Below are positions 16,457-16,963 of a stretch of 16,963 nt of DNA, piece after piece (the first letter of the stretch is position 1; every line of letters begins with the position of its first letter). Origin of the DNA: Candidatus Eiseniibacteriota bacterium (GTDB lineage Bacteria; Eisenbacteria; RBG-16-71-46); NCBI GenBank assembly GCA_031364845.1, contig JANLWX010000113.1, positions 1 to 16,963 of the forward strand, read 5' to 3'. A model generated the notes under the pieces. The model had not been told where the DNA came from, searched no databases, and saw only the letters and a list, made by a program, of their open reading frames with translations. The position numbers and the translations under genes were made by a program.

Positions 16457-16963
16457 TCAGCCTGCGATCACCCTCAGGAACGCATCACCGTAGCGCTCGA
16501 GCTTGACCGGGCCGATGCCGGAGACCAGCAGCATCTCGGCGCGCGATTTGGGCGCGTGGGCCGCCATCTGCCGCAGCACGGCGTCGCTGAACACGATGTA
16601 GGCGGGAACTCCTTCGGCGTCGGCGATGCCCTTGCGCAGCGCGCGCAGCCGCTCGAACAGCTCGGGGTTCTCGATCACCGCGTCACGGTCGAGCCGCAGC
16701 GAGCGCGAACCGGAACTGCCTTCGTGCGCGTGCGTGTGCGCCACCAGATCGGCGATCGTCGTTCCGCGGCACAGGTCACACGAAGAGACGCACGGCTCGA
16801 TCGTTTCGTCGAAGTGCCGCACCAGCCCCTGATGCCGGCAGCCGCCGCGATCGACGAGCCGGAACAGGTCGACCGTCTTCTTCTTCGTCTCCTCGCGCAG
16901 CGCGGGATCGTCGATGTCGGTCAGGAACGCTTCGTAGCCGATCACGTCGGCCCACGAGTACAT
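16457..16963 (-). CDS. recQ: RecQ-family ATP-dependent DNA helicase, C-terminal part only (5'-partial)
   Basis: Zn module CRHQGLVRHFDETIEPCVSSCDLC and HRDC domain LFERLRALRKGIADAEGVPAYIVFSDAVLRQMA...VSGIGPVKLERYGDAFL. The Met at the window edge is probably internal. Confidence 0.88.
   Translation of the reverse strand: MYSWADVIGYEAFLTDIDDPALREETKKKTVDLFRLVDRGGCRHQGLVRHFDETIEPCVSSCDLCRGTTIADLVAHTHAHEGSSGSRSLRLDRDAVIENPELFERLRALRKGIADAEGVPAYIVFSDAVLRQMAAHAPKSRAEMLLVSGIGPVKLERYGDAFLRVIAG

Noticed and set aside
14348..16506. 679-aa minus ORF and 499-aa plus ORF over tag and the antiporter
   Set aside because: Antisense and off-frame shadows of hydrophobic, GC-rich coding sequence.
1..16963. CRISPR arrays, tRNA/rRNA, IS elements, prophage or defence genes
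   Set aside because: No regularly spaced repeats, RNA-gene signatures, or transposase/integrase motifs seen; nearly all sequence is accounted for by the listed CDSs.

Overview
GC-rich, gene-dense bacterial chromosomal window with no RNA genes, mobile elements or CRISPR that I can support. The left 6.7 kb is one very large minus-strand gene that the ORF track missed because it runs off the window without a stop. It is a cyclic beta-1,2-glucan synthase (Cgs/NdvB/ChvB type; GT84, central glycoamylase-like domain, GH94-type modules). Divergent from it, behind a good sigma-54-like -24/-12 site, are five co-oriented genes for exported proteins: an outer-membrane beta-barrel, a glycine-zipper lipoprotein, a PA2779-like double-glycine protein with a hydrophobic C-terminal tail, a stand-alone exported C39-like cysteine peptidase and a TPR lipoprotein. 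A DNA-repair cluster follows: ligD divergent from ku (with an intact Zn-ribbon motif), a TPR protein with a QLTLDL clamp-motif-like peptide, and tag. The window ends with a NhaP2/CvrA-type K+/H+ antiporter and the 3' end of a convergent RecQ helicase (Zn module plus HRDC, no winged helix). The best candidates for uncharacterised systems are the GG-substrate/C39 peptidase/TPR envelope module and the Ku-linked TPR protein. All family assignments come from motif recognition, not database searches.
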